Virus record (IMG/VR): IMGVR_UViG_3300045988_143943
DNA length: 40,879 bases
Reading direction: 5' to 3' (one strand)
Origin: a virus
The notes beneath the pieces are model-generated. The model saw nothing but the letters and a program-made list of their open reading frames with translations. It did not search any database and had not been told where the DNA came from. A program made the translations under genes and the position numbers. Of the stretch, positions 25,028 through 33,283 are shown piece by piece; within the stretch, counting starts at the first letter, position 1, and the number at the start of each line of letters is the position of its first letter.

Positions 25028-25441
25028 ATGGAAGATAATAAAAAACTAAGTTTCACATACTTTGGTGATATAAGAATAGAGAAAGCAAATGTTAGAGTGA
25101 TAGAAATAGGGGCTGGAAGTCTTAAATTCGCAATAGATGAAAGATATCCTCATTACATAAAGGTTTACATAGGAGATAACTCTGACGAAGGATTTGAATA
25201 CATTGACGATATATTAGGGATAGATCAAAAAATAAATGATGATGAATTTATGACAATAGTTCTTAATTATTGTGTGCAACATGTAGAGTTTATAACAAAT
25301 AAAGCAATGGAGGAAAGGGTTCAAAATTACTATAAAAAGTTAGAAAAAGAAAACCAAAAGGTAAAACAAATTTTATCTCAGTATACAGATGAACAGTTAT
25401 TAAACGAAGTTAACGAAAGAGGACTTTTAGGAGGTAATTAG
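25028..25441 (+). CDS. Hypothetical early protein (137 aa)
   Basis: ORF with RBS AAGGGGG. No family recognised. Confidence 0.6.
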   Translation: MEDNKKLSFTYFGDIRIEKANVRVIEIGAGSLKFAIDERYPHYIKVYIGDNSDEGFEYIDDILGIDQKINDDEFMTIVLNYCVQHVEFITNKAMEERVQNYYKKLEKENQKVKQILSQYTDEQLLNEVNERGLLGGN

Positions 25442-25442
25442 C

Positions 25443-25646
25443 ATGGCAGTATATACAGGAACAGAACACTTCATAAAAAAAGAAGTAGAAGCAGTATCAG
25501 ACATATTAAGAGCTAGAGGTTTTAGAGAAGAATGGAGCATCATAACTCCATACCAAGCAGAAATTAAGATGTTTCACGTGTTACAAAACAAGTTTGCACT
25601 ACTTAGAAAACAAGGCAATAACACAGTAGTAGATTATTCGAGATAG
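25443..25646 (+). CDS. Hypothetical early protein (67 aa)
   Basis: ORF with RBS GGAGG, tightly packed against its neighbours. Confidence 0.55.
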   Translation: MAVYTGTEHFIKKEVEAVSDILRARGFREEWSIITPYQAEIKMFHVLQNKFALLRKQGNNTVVDYSR

Positions 25647-25658
25647 GGGATAAGAAAT

Positions 25659-25853
25659 ATGAATTTAAAATTGGAACGTATTAGAAGAGGGTTAAATCAA
25701 AAGCAACTATCAAAACTTTCAGGAGTTGGTGTAACTACGATAGTAAAAATAGAAAAAGGTGATATTGATAGTGTTATGGTCCATAATTTAAGAAAAATTG
25801 CTAATGCATTAGGGATGACTATAACAGAGTTATTTTTTAATGACGAACAATAG
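25659..25853 (+). CDS. Small XRE-family HTH protein (64 aa)
   Basis: HTH pattern LNQKQLSKLSGVGVTTIVKIEKG. Confidence 0.7.
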   Translation: MNLKLERIRRGLNQKQLSKLSGVGVTTIVKIEKGDIDSVMVHNLRKIANALGMTITELFFNDEQ

Positions 25854-25861
25854 GAGGCATC

Positions 25862-25945
25862 ATGATAGTAAAATACATAGCAGTAAGTATAGTTTTTTCA
25901 GTAGGCTTTTTCCTAGGAGCATGGTGGAGAAGTATCCACGAATAG
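25862..25945 (+). CDS. Very small hydrophobic peptide (27 aa)
   Basis: RBS TAGGAGG. Encodes MIVKYIAVSIVFSVGFFLGAWWRSIHE. Confidence 0.35.
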   Translation: MIVKYIAVSIVFSVGFFLGAWWRSIHE

Positions 25946-25987
25946 GACAAATCCAAGAATACATAGTTTTTAGTAGGGGGTGCTTAG

Positions 25988-26161
25988 ATGGAGTATAAAA
26001 TAACCCATGAATATGAAAACGACAGAGCAAAAGTGATTATGAAGTCACCAGTAGGGCTTACAGAAGAGGAAAGAAGTTTAATCTTAAAAGATATAAAAAA
26101 AGCATTTTATGAAATAGCTAAATACAATTACCAACAAGCTCAGGAAGGTGCTGGAGCTTAA
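25988..26161 (+). CDS. Hypothetical small protein (57 aa)
   Basis: RBS AGGGGG. Encodes MEYKITHEYENDRAKVIMKSPVGLTEEERSLILKDIKKAFYEIAKYNYQQAQEGAGA. Confidence 0.45.
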   Translation: MEYKITHEYENDRAKVIMKSPVGLTEEERSLILKDIKKAFYEIAKYNYQQAQEGAGA

Positions 26162-26178
26162 AAAAGGGGGGATAACAA

Positions 26179-26451
26179 ATGACAAATCAAGAGTTTAGAG
26201 TAAAAGCTTTAGGTTTATTTGCTAAAGCAGAATACATCAACGATAATCTAGAATTTGCAAAAATAGGAATGGACCTATCTTTACAAGTTAGTGGTGAAAG
26301 CTATTATGCTTTAACGATTTCAATCGAAGAATACAACAAAAAAGTACATTATATAGTGCTTACAAGCGCTGGTTATAATGTAGCAACAAATCTACACGAC
26401 ATTTCAGACTTACTAGACAACTATATCGAAGGAATCAAGGAGGTGATATAA
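26179..26451 (+). CDS. Hypothetical protein (90 aa)
   Basis: ORF with RBS AAGGGGGG. Confidence 0.6.
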   Translation: MTNQEFRVKALGLFAKAEYINDNLEFAKIGMDLSLQVSGESYYALTISIEEYNKKVHYIVLTSAGYNVATNLHDISDLLDNYIEGIKEVI

Positions 26452-26652
26452 ATGACAATGATATGCACAACAGAATACCTAGATAGAGCAGCAAAAGAAA
26501 ACCCAGATATGACTTTTCTTGAATACATAGCAATGTTACAAGTTAGAAGAATAACAGGAGAACAAGAAGAAATGACATTAGAAGATGCAAAAGAATTTGC
26601 ACAAATAGAACAAGATTACCAAGACTTAGTTTACGATATGACACACCAATAA
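26452..26652 (+). CDS. Hypothetical acidic protein (66 aa)
   Basis: ORF with RBS AAGGAGGTG, abutting the upstream stop. Confidence 0.6.
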   Translation: MTMICTTEYLDRAAKENPDMTFLEYIAMLQVRRITGEQEEMTLEDAKEFAQIEQDYQDLVYDMTHQ

Positions 26653-26670
26653 AAAATTCAATAAAAAATA

Positions 26671-26700
26671 AGCTATCTAGAGTACCAAATCTAGATAGCT
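26671..26700. other. 11-bp perfect inverted repeat (hairpin or protein-binding site) between early gene blocks
   Basis: AGCTATCTAGA (26671-26681), 8-nt loop, TCTAGATAGCT (26690-26700). No downstream U-tract. Confidence 0.4.
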
Positions 26701-26764
26701 ATAAATCAAACACTATATGTAATATAAGATACTTAAATTATAACACGAAAGGGGATAAATTTAA

Positions 26765-27286
26765 ATGAATTTATATGAACTTACAAGCAATTTTATAGAA
26801 GTAGATAGATTAATAAGTGACTATTTAGAAAATGGAGAAGAAGATTTAGCAGAAAATTTAGTAAAAGCTAATAAAATAATAGCTGATGAAATAAAAAATA
26901 AATCAAATGGTTTTGTATACGTTTTTAGAAATATAGATAGTCAAATAGAAAGCATAGACAGTGAAATAAAAAGACTTCAAGAGTTAAAAAAACAAAGACA
27001 AAACAAAGCTGAAAATCTTAAAAAGATGTTAAAAGACAATATGGAAGCACTTGGAGTTAAAAAGATGGAAACAGATTTAGGCAACTTTACTATAAGAAAC
27101 AATCCAGGAAGTCTTATTATAGATGATTTAGAAAGTGTACCAGATACATATAAAGAAACTGTTGTAACAGAAACAGTTAAAGTTGATAAAAATGCAATTA
27201 AAAAACTTATAAAAGGTGGTACAGATGTAGAAGGATGCCACTTAGAAGTCGGAACAAGTTTAACTATACCAAAAACTAAAAAATAA
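26765..27286 (+). CDS. Siphovirus Gp157-family protein
   Basis: 173 aa with N-terminal MNLYELTSNFIEV..L. Typical partner directly upstream of RecT/Erf recombinases. Confidence 0.65.
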   Translation: MNLYELTSNFIEVDRLISDYLENGEEDLAENLVKANKIIADEIKNKSNGFVYVFRNIDSQIESIDSEIKRLQELKKQRQNKAENLKKMLKDNMEALGVKKMETDLGNFTIRNNPGSLIIDDLESVPDTYKETVVTETVKVDKNAIKKLIKGGTDVEGCHLEVGTSLTIPKTKK

Positions 27287-27300
27287 GGAAGGTGAATAAC

Positions 27301-28185
27301 ATGAATAAAGCAGCACAAAGAACAAATGGAGCATTAGCACTTGCAGAATGCACTCTAGAAGGTGGACAAGTTTTAAACGTAGAAACAGTCAAGAATTATC
27401 TTGTAAGAGGTAACGGAGATATAACAGACCAAGAAACATTGATGTTTATCGAGTTATGCAAAGCTCAACATCTTAATCCATTCATAAACGAAGCATACTT
27501 AATCAAATTTGGAAGTCAACCAGCACAAATAGTTACTGGTAAAGATGTATTTGTTAAAAGAGCTTATAAAAATCCTAACTTTGAAGGAATGAAAGCTGGA
27601 ATAGTAGTTTTATCTAATGGAGAAATGAAATACAGAGAAGGCAGCTTAAAAGCACCAAAAGAACAATTAATCGGTGGTTGGTGTGAAGTATATGTAAGAA
27701 ATATGAAGTTCCCTATTAGATCAGAGGTATCTTTAGAAGAATATAGTAAATCACAAGCGACTTGGAAACAGATGCCATGCGTAATGATTAGAAAATGTGC
27801 TATGGTAACTGCTTTAAGAGAAGCATTCCCAGAAGATTTACAAGGTTTATATGATAGTTGCGAAATGAAAAACGTACCAGATAAATTACCAACTAAAGAA
27901 GTAGTTATCGGCAAAGCCACAAGTGAACAAAAAAGAAAGTTATTAGCAATGGCAGAGGTAAAAGGATTATACAATCATGAAGATGCTAAAAACACAGAAA
28001 AGCTTGAATATTTCTGCAGCAGTAACGGATATGACCTAAAAGACTTAAAATTCGAAGAAGTGGACGAGCTATTACAACTACTAACAAACTATGAACCAGC
28101 ACAAGATGTAGATTATACAGAAGAACCTATAGAAGAAACAGAGGATAACGGACAAATAGAAGGACAGCAAGTAATGGATATGTAG
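27301..28185 (+). CDS. recT: RecT-family single-strand annealing recombinase
   Basis: ATG 27301 with RBS AAGGAAGGTGA is preferred over the track GTG at 27292. Motifs NPFINEAYLIKFG, GGWCEVY, MIRKCAMVTALREAFPEDLQGLY. Confidence 0.85.
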   Translation: MNKAAQRTNGALALAECTLEGGQVLNVETVKNYLVRGNGDITDQETLMFIELCKAQHLNPFINEAYLIKFGSQPAQIVTGKDVFVKRAYKNPNFEGMKAGIVVLSNGEMKYREGSLKAPKEQLIGGWCEVYVRNMKFPIRSEVSLEEYSKSQATWKQMPCVMIRKCAMVTALREAFPEDLQGLYDSCEMKNVPDKLPTKEVVIGKATSEQKRKLLAMAEVKGLYNHEDAKNTEKLEYFCSSNGYDLKDLKFEEVDELLQLLTNYEPAQDVDYTEEPIEETEDNGQIEGQQVMDM

Positions 28186-28234
28186 TTAGGTTGGGGAGCA
28201 ATCCCCTTCCTAGAGTAAGACAAGGAGGTTGAAG

Positions 28235-29185
28235 ATGACAAAACGATATTATTGGTTGAAATTAAAAGAAGACTTCTTTGAGGAAGATACGATAGAGTGG
28301 TTAGAAGAACAGGAGAATGGAAAAGAATATTGTTTATTCTATCTAAAAATGTGTCTTAAATCCATAAAGACAGAAGGTATTTTAATCAGAAAAGTAGGTA
28401 ATATATTAGTTCCATATGACGAAAAACATCTAGCTAAAATAACAAATACTGATTTTGATACAGTAGTTGTAGCTATGGAATTATTTAAAAAAATAGGACT
28501 TATACAAATTCTAGAAGGTGGAGAAATATTTATACCAGGTATGGATGAAATGATAGGTTCGGAAACTGAGAAAGCTAAGTTTATGAGAAATAAAAGAGCG
28601 AAAGAAAAAGAACAACTCCTAGATAGTAACAGAATAGAACAATCTAGTAACAATGTTACTCAAAATAGTAACAAAGTTACTATAGACAGTAACAATGTTA
28701 CTAATGTGTTACCAAAATGTTACACAGAGAAAGAGAAAGAGAAAGAGAAAGAGATAGAGATAGATATAGAGTTAGATAGTAAGGTAGAAGATACTCAATC
28801 AAACAAGCAAACAGACATAGCTGAGTTCTCAAAACTATATGAACAAAACATAGGTACTATTAATCAGTTAACAGCAGATTGGCTTATAGAAATGTCTGAA
28901 ACAATAGATTTTGATTTGTTTAAAAGAGGTATAGAGATATGTACTGAAAGAGGAAAGTTAAATCTAGGCTATCTAAAAGGGATAATTAAAAGATGGTTAG
29001 ATAGCAATATAACTACATACGAACAGCTAAAGGCATATGAATTGCAAATGAAAGCAAATAAGAATAGTGACAATAAAAATTACGATATTGCAAAAGAAAA
29101 AGAAAAACCAAGTGTAGTACAATTACAGCCTCTCGATTTTAGCGAAGTGAGAAAAGAATTGGAGGAGATGGGAATTGAGTTATAA
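28235..29185 (+). CDS. Replisome organizer (phage replication organizer N-terminal domain plus DnaD/DnaB_2-like C-terminal domain)
   Basis: ATG 28235 with RBS AAGGAGG. N-terminal YYWLKLKEDFFEEDTIEWLEEQENGKEYCLFYLKMCLKS and C-terminal LGYLKGIIKRWLDSNITT. Confidence 0.8.
   Translation: MTKRYYWLKLKEDFFEEDTIEWLEEQENGKEYCLFYLKMCLKSIKTEGILIRKVGNILVPYDEKHLAKITNTDFDTVVVAMELFKKIGLIQILEGGEIFIPGMDEMIGSETEKAKFMRNKRAKEKEQLLDSNRIEQSSNNVTQNSNKVTIDSNNVTNVLPKCYTEKEKEKEKEIEIDIELDSKVEDTQSNKQTDIAEFSKLYEQNIGTINQLTADWLIEMSETIDFDLFKRGIEICTERGKLNLGYLKGIIKRWLDSNITTYEQLKAYELQMKANKNSDNKNYDIAKEKEKPSVVQLQPLDFSEVRKELEEMGIEL
28625..28772. repeat. Candidate origin of replication: iterons with 21-bp phasing plus a GA-rich tract, inside the replisome organizer gene
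   Basis: AGTAAC-containing units start at 28625, 28646, 28667 and 28688. Three are palindromic AGTAACA(A/T)(A/T)GTTACT-type sites. A further GTTAC pair lies at approx 28707-28722. A (GAGAAA)n / GATAGA tract spans 28725-28771. Confidence 0.65.
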
Positions 29186-29393
29186 ACTAGACGAAATTAG
29201 AAAAGAAGTAAATAAAAGAACTGTTCAATATGATAAAAACGAACTTGAAACAAAGCTTTTAGAAAGCCAAAGGGCATCTAGAAACAAGAAAGTAAATAAC
29301 TACATAAGAGATGTTATGTCAGGAAAAATAGAAAGCGAAATACCTAATATGAGAGAATTTATAAAAAATACAATAAACAGAGGAAACCGTTAG
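29175..29393 (+). CDS. Hypothetical protein (72 aa, TTG start)
   Basis: RBS GGAGG 10 nt upstream. Overlaps the upstream gene end. Confidence 0.5.
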   Translation: MSYKLDEIRKEVNKRTVQYDKNELETKLLESQRASRNKKVNNYIRDVMSGKIESEIPNMREFIKNTINRGNR

Positions 29394-29404
29394 GAGGCGA
29401 TGAA

Positions 29405-29665
29405 ATGCTAATAGTTGCATCAGATAAGAAATATGGCATGCGTATAGAAATAAGCGAGAAAAGCACTACAGAAGAATTATTAGATGAAACAGTTGAATTT
29501 ACAATAAGAATGCTTATCGAACTAAAGAAAAGAAAAAATATGTCGATGGATGACTTGAAAACAAGTTATATATCATTAATTGAAATGTACATAAAAGAAA
29601 TTAGCCAAATAAATTACGATTTAGATGGCATTGACAATGTTATTGATCTAAATTCAAGAAGATAA
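29405..29665 (+). CDS. Hypothetical protein (86 aa)
   Basis: RBS TAGGAGG. Confidence 0.6.
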   Translation: MLIVASDKKYGMRIEISEKSTTEELLDETVEFTIRMLIELKKRKNMSMDDLKTSYISLIEMYIKEISQINYDLDGIDNVIDLNSRR

Positions 29666-29742
29666 CATGATACAAATAACAACTATAGATTAAGAAATAT
29701 AATATAGGGCTTTAACGAGCCCTAGGAGGGGGATAATCACAA

Positions 29743-30279
29743 ATGGCATTAAGACTATCAGATATAGAAAAAAGAAAGATAAAGAGATTATACAATAAAG
29801 GATTAAGCATTTTGAATATTTCATACGAACTAAATAGAAATAAAAATACTATAAAAAAATATGTAAAAGAAATGGGACTTGTTAGAGAAAATCCAGACCT
29901 AACTGAACAAGTATTTGGCAAACTTACAGTAATAGAATTAGATCAAGAATCAAGTGGTAGAAGAAAATGGATATGTAAGTGTAGCTGCGGAAATACAGTA
30001 TCCGTCAGAGAATACAACTTGAAATCTGGAAACACAAAATCATGTGGATGCACTAGAAAAGAAAAATCATCAGTGAGAAATCTGAATGTAAAGCAAGTTA
30101 AAACTAGAGATAATCAAGGTGGAGTTTACTATTTTCAACCAGGAGAGATTATTTTAAAAGGCAATTACGAAAGCGAGAAAAAATGCAGCAAAGTAAAAGA
30201 ATATAAACTAAGCCCTGAGGAGTTGCAAGTCTATTTGAAATCACTAGAAACAAAAAAAGTAAAGAGAAGGGGTGAATAG
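29743..30279 (+). CDS. DNA-binding protein: N-terminal HTH plus Cys-rich zinc-ribbon
   Basis: 178 aa. HTH-like LYNKGLSILNISYELNRNKNTIKKYV, then FGKLTVIE...WICKCSCGNTVSVREYNLKSGNTKSCGC. Confidence 0.55.
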   Translation: MALRLSDIEKRKIKRLYNKGLSILNISYELNRNKNTIKKYVKEMGLVRENPDLTEQVFGKLTVIELDQESSGRRKWICKCSCGNTVSVREYNLKSGNTKSCGCTRKEKSSVRNLNVKQVKTRDNQGGVYYFQPGEIILKGNYESEKKCSKVKEYKLSPEELQVYLKSLETKKVKRRGE

Positions 30280-30281
30280 TA

Positions 30282-30680
30282 ATGGAAAAAAATATAATCG
30301 AAGTGAAAAATATAAAGACAGGTGAAGTATTAGAGTTTACAGGCCAAAATGCAGTAGCGAAGTATCTTACAGGTGTATATGGCAAGAAAATATACGCTGG
30401 AGCTGTAGCATCAGCTATAAGACAAGACACTCCATATAAAAATACATGGGAAATAAATTTTATAAAAAATGCTAATAAAAAAATATGCGATTATTGTGGC
30501 AAAGAATATACAAGTAATAGAGCAAATCAAAGATTTTGTAGTGATACTTGTAGAGAAGAATATCGTGCAGAAGAAAAAAGAGGACCAGCGATAAACAGTG
30601 AGGCGAAAATAACAAAAGACAAAGAAATATTAGTACATAAATTAGTAACAATGTTAGAGCCATATAGAACAGCAAAATAG
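30282..30680 (+). CDS. Putative DNA-binding protein with C-terminal zinc-ribbon
   Basis: 132 aa with CDYCGKEYTSNRANQRFCSDTCREEY. The N-terminal segment resembles nuclease-associated DNA-binding modules (weak call). Confidence 0.45.
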   Translation: MEKNIIEVKNIKTGEVLEFTGQNAVAKYLTGVYGKKIYAGAVASAIRQDTPYKNTWEINFIKNANKKICDYCGKEYTSNRANQRFCSDTCREEYRAEEKRGPAINSEAKITKDKEILVHKLVTMLEPYRTAK

Positions 30681-30688
30681 GAGGGAAT

Positions 30689-31165
30689 ATGGAGAGATAT
30701 CAGCTAAATAAAAATGCAGAAGGGTATACAGATTTAACGGCGCTAGAAGGAATTAAGAGAGCAGATAAAGGCAAAGTTAGATTTCTTATTCCAGGAGAAC
30801 CAATAGCAAAAGAAAGACCTAGACTTGGAAAGAATGGAAAAGTATATACACCTAGAAAAACACATAACTTTGAAACAACATGTAGTTTAGCTTACGGAAA
30901 CAGACCTAGATTAGAAGGTGAGAAATTAAGAGTTGAAATATTATTCAATTTCAAAGTACCGAAAAGTTATAGCAAGAAACAACGAAATAAGGCTCTAGAT
31001 GACAAAATAGGACCAACTAAAAAGGATATTGATAATTGTATCAAGGCAGTACTAGACGGATTAAATGGAATAGCATGGAGAGACGATAGATATATTCATG
31101 AAGTGATAGCAAAGAAACAGTTTGCTGAGAAGTCTGAAATAATAGTAGAAATAACGGAGTTGTAA
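30689..31165 (+). CDS. rusA: RusA-family Holliday junction resolvase
   Basis: 158 aa. Motifs IPGEPIAKERPR, YTPRKT, DIDNCIKAVLDGLNGIAWRDDRYI. Confidence 0.85.
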   Translation: MERYQLNKNAEGYTDLTALEGIKRADKGKVRFLIPGEPIAKERPRLGKNGKVYTPRKTHNFETTCSLAYGNRPRLEGEKLRVEILFNFKVPKSYSKKQRNKALDDKIGPTKKDIDNCIKAVLDGLNGIAWRDDRYIHEVIAKKQFAEKSEIIVEITEL

Positions 31166-31239
31166 AATACGAATTTAAACAAGAAGAAATAAAAACAATC
31201 AAGTATGAGCAACTAAGTTTTATATAGAGGTGAAAGTCT

Positions 31240-31317
31240 ATGAAAATAAAAACAATTCAATATTTGCAAATCCTTGTAAACAAGGTTATGAGATTTGAGG
31301 ATTACTTAGTCCAATAG
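31240..31317 (+). CDS. Possible 25-aa peptide in the long spacer
   Basis: RBS GAGGTGA 7 nt upstream. Encodes MKIKTIQYLQILVNKVMRFEDYLVQ. Too short to verify from sequence alone. Confidence 0.25.
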   Translation: MKIKTIQYLQILVNKVMRFEDYLVQ

Positions 31318-31483
31318 TTTGACAAACCACATTGAGGTAATGTGAATCGTTTTAGGTGAGTGAATGAAATGTAAAATGGATTTAAATAGCCTGAGTGGAT
31401 ATAAGGAGTAAGTCAAACACTCGGTTGGGAAGCCTATCCATTACCTATATAGATTAAGAAATTGATTTATATAGGTGTGAATA

Positions 31484-32404
31484 TTGAACTTAAATGAGTT
31501 AAGGATATTACAAAATTATCCTTTAGAAATGAAAATAGGGAGAACAAAACAACGAATTAGAGAATGGGTTGATTATTATGGTGAGAATGGAACATATATA
31601 AGTTTTAGTGGTGGGAAGGATAGTACAGTTTTATTAGACATAGTAAGAAGTATATATCCTGATATCGAAGCAGTTTTTATAAATACAGGACTTGAATATC
31701 CAGAGATTTATAAATTTGTTAAAACTTTTAAAAATGTTACCATTCTTAAGCCAGAAATGAATTTTAAACAGGTTATAAATACATATGGCTATCCAGTAAT
31801 CAGCAAAGAAAATAGTCAATACATATATGAAATAAGACATAGTACTAAAAAAATGAGACAAAGACGATTATATGGAGACAGTAAAGGGAGATTTAAACTT
31901 CCTAATAAGTATCATTACTTAATAGATGCACCGTTTGAAATATCAAATAAATGCTGCGAAGTTATGAAAAAACGACCTGTAAAGAAATTTGAAAAAGAAA
32001 CAGGTAAAGTTCCTATTATTGGAACTATGGCAGAAGAAAGTAGTTTAAGACAACAAAGTTACTTACAACATGGGTGTAATGCATTTGAAAGCAAAAGACC
32101 TGTAAGTACACCACTTGGATTTTGGAAGCAACAAGATGTACTAGAGTACATTTATAAGAATGATCTAAAAATAGCAAGTGTTTATGGCGAAGTTATAGAA
32201 GATAAAAATTTACTTGATGAATGTACATATAGAACTACTGGATGCGAAAGGACAGGTTGTATTTACTGCTTATACGGAATACAGTGCGATACAACACCTA
32301 ATAGAATACAAAGACTAAAGAAAACACATACAAAGCAATATAACTATTGCATTAACAAATTAAAGTTAGGTGAAGTATTAGATTACATAGGAGTTAAGTA
32401 TTAG
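31484..32404 (+). CDS. PAPS reductase / PP-loop ATP-pyrophosphatase family protein with C-terminal Cys cluster (possible nucleic-acid modification enzyme)
   Basis: 306 aa, TTG start with RBS AGGTG. PP-loop SFSGGKDS. C-terminal TTGCERTGCIYCLYG. Confidence 0.75.
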   Translation: MNLNELRILQNYPLEMKIGRTKQRIREWVDYYGENGTYISFSGGKDSTVLLDIVRSIYPDIEAVFINTGLEYPEIYKFVKTFKNVTILKPEMNFKQVINTYGYPVISKENSQYIYEIRHSTKKMRQRRLYGDSKGRFKLPNKYHYLIDAPFEISNKCCEVMKKRPVKKFEKETGKVPIIGTMAEESSLRQQSYLQHGCNAFESKRPVSTPLGFWKQQDVLEYIYKNDLKIASVYGEVIEDKNLLDECTYRTTGCERTGCIYCLYGIQCDTTPNRIQRLKKTHTKQYNYCINKLKLGEVLDYIGVKY

Positions 32405-32415
32405 GAGGTGATTAA

Positions 32416-32541
32416 TTGATATTAGCAAGATACAAAGAATTAGTCGAACTGGCTAAGAAATACATAGAAAAGGGATATAGCACATTGGAAGCAATTAAAT
32501 TAGCTGAAAAGGAATTGGAGGAAGATTATGAGAGAAATTAA
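32416..32541 (+). CDS. Small protein (41 aa, TTG start), copy 1 of a duplicated leader gene
   Basis: RBS GGAGGTGA. Encodes MILARYKELVELAKKYIEKGYSTLEAIKLAEKELEEDYERN. Overlaps the YopX start. A paralog lies at 33140-33283. Confidence 0.45.
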   Translation: MILARYKELVELAKKYIEKGYSTLEAIKLAEKELEEDYERN

Positions 32542-32959
32542 ATTCAGAGGGTATAACAAATTCGAGAAAAAATGGGTTTATGGTTATGGATTACATCAAT
32601 CAATTTTTATAGATGGTTCATCTAATGCATACGTAACAGCTGGTATTAGAGAAGTATTTATTGTAGATAAGGAAAGTGCTGGACAATATACAGGTTGTAA
32701 AGATGCTAACGGCAAAGAAATATATGAGGGAGATATAGTGGAAATAGTTGATGGTCCAACTTTACATCCAGATAATTGTTATATAGGAACTAAATTTAAA
32801 GTGTTCTACAATCAAGAAAGTTGTAGTTTTATGATGCAAGATATATATGATGAAGATAATACACAATATTTTGATTTGGATTTAGGCGGGATACCTCCAA
32901 AATATTTAGAAGTAATAGGAAATATATACGAAAATAAAGAACTACTGGAGGTTGAGTGA
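32528..32959 (+). CDS. YopX-family protein, copy 1
   Basis: 143 aa. MREIKFRGY...QYTGCKDANGKEIYEGDIV...GNIYENKELLE. Confidence 0.8.
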   Translation: MREIKFRGYNKFEKKWVYGYGLHQSIFIDGSSNAYVTAGIREVFIVDKESAGQYTGCKDANGKEIYEGDIVEIVDGPTLHPDNCYIGTKFKVFYNQESCSFMMQDIYDEDNTQYFDLDLGGIPPKYLEVIGNIYENKELLEVE

Positions 32960-33135
32960 TGAAATGTAAATACTTTGAAAAAGAAACTGGCAATAAATAC
33001 TGCAGCAACTATTTAGGACCACAAATAGTAGGAGCATATGGAGAAGGAACGATTATAAAACATAACTGTAAAGATAAATGCAAGTATGTTGATTGTAAGA
33101 AACTTGAAGAATTACAAGGATTAAAAAGGGGGTGA
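32959..33135 (+). CDS. Small Cys-rich protein (58 aa)
   Basis: ATGA overlap with the YopX stop. Encodes MKCKYFEKETGNKYCSNYLGPQIVGAYGEGTIIKHNCKDKCKYVDCKKLEELQGLKRG. Confidence 0.45.
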   Translation: MKCKYFEKETGNKYCSNYLGPQIVGAYGEGTIIKHNCKDKCKYVDCKKLEELQGLKRG

Positions 33136-33139
33136 TTGA

Positions 33140-33283
33140 TTGATATTAAGTAGAGTAAATGAAATAGTACATATAGCTAAAATTTATATGATTGTATATA
33201 AGTTAGAGCCAATGCAAGCAATAGAATGTGCAATACAGGATGTAGAAAGATATTTGAAGGAGGAAGATTATGAGAGAAATTAA
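33140..33283 (+). CDS. Small protein (47 aa, TTG start), copy 2 of the duplicated leader gene
   Basis: RBS AGGGGGTGA. Encodes MILSRVNEIVHIAKIYMIVYKLEPMQAIECAIQDVERYLKEEDYERN. Has the same 34-nt junction with the YopX start as copy 1. Confidence 0.45.
   Translation: MILSRVNEIVHIAKIYMIVYKLEPMQAIECAIQDVERYLKEEDYERN

Noticed and set aside
26671-26700. Calling the 11-bp inverted repeat a standard rho-independent terminator
   Set aside because: There is no U-tract after the stem on the plus strand, and the A-rich tract lies on the wrong side for the direction of the flanking genes. It is kept only as a hairpin or binding-site candidate.
28725-28772. GA-rich microsatellite-like tract considered as a CRISPR-like or non-coding repeat
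   Set aside because: It lies in frame inside the replisome organizer gene, where it encodes EKEKEKEKEIEIDIE. It has no spacer-repeat organisation. It is interpreted as part of the origin/linker region.
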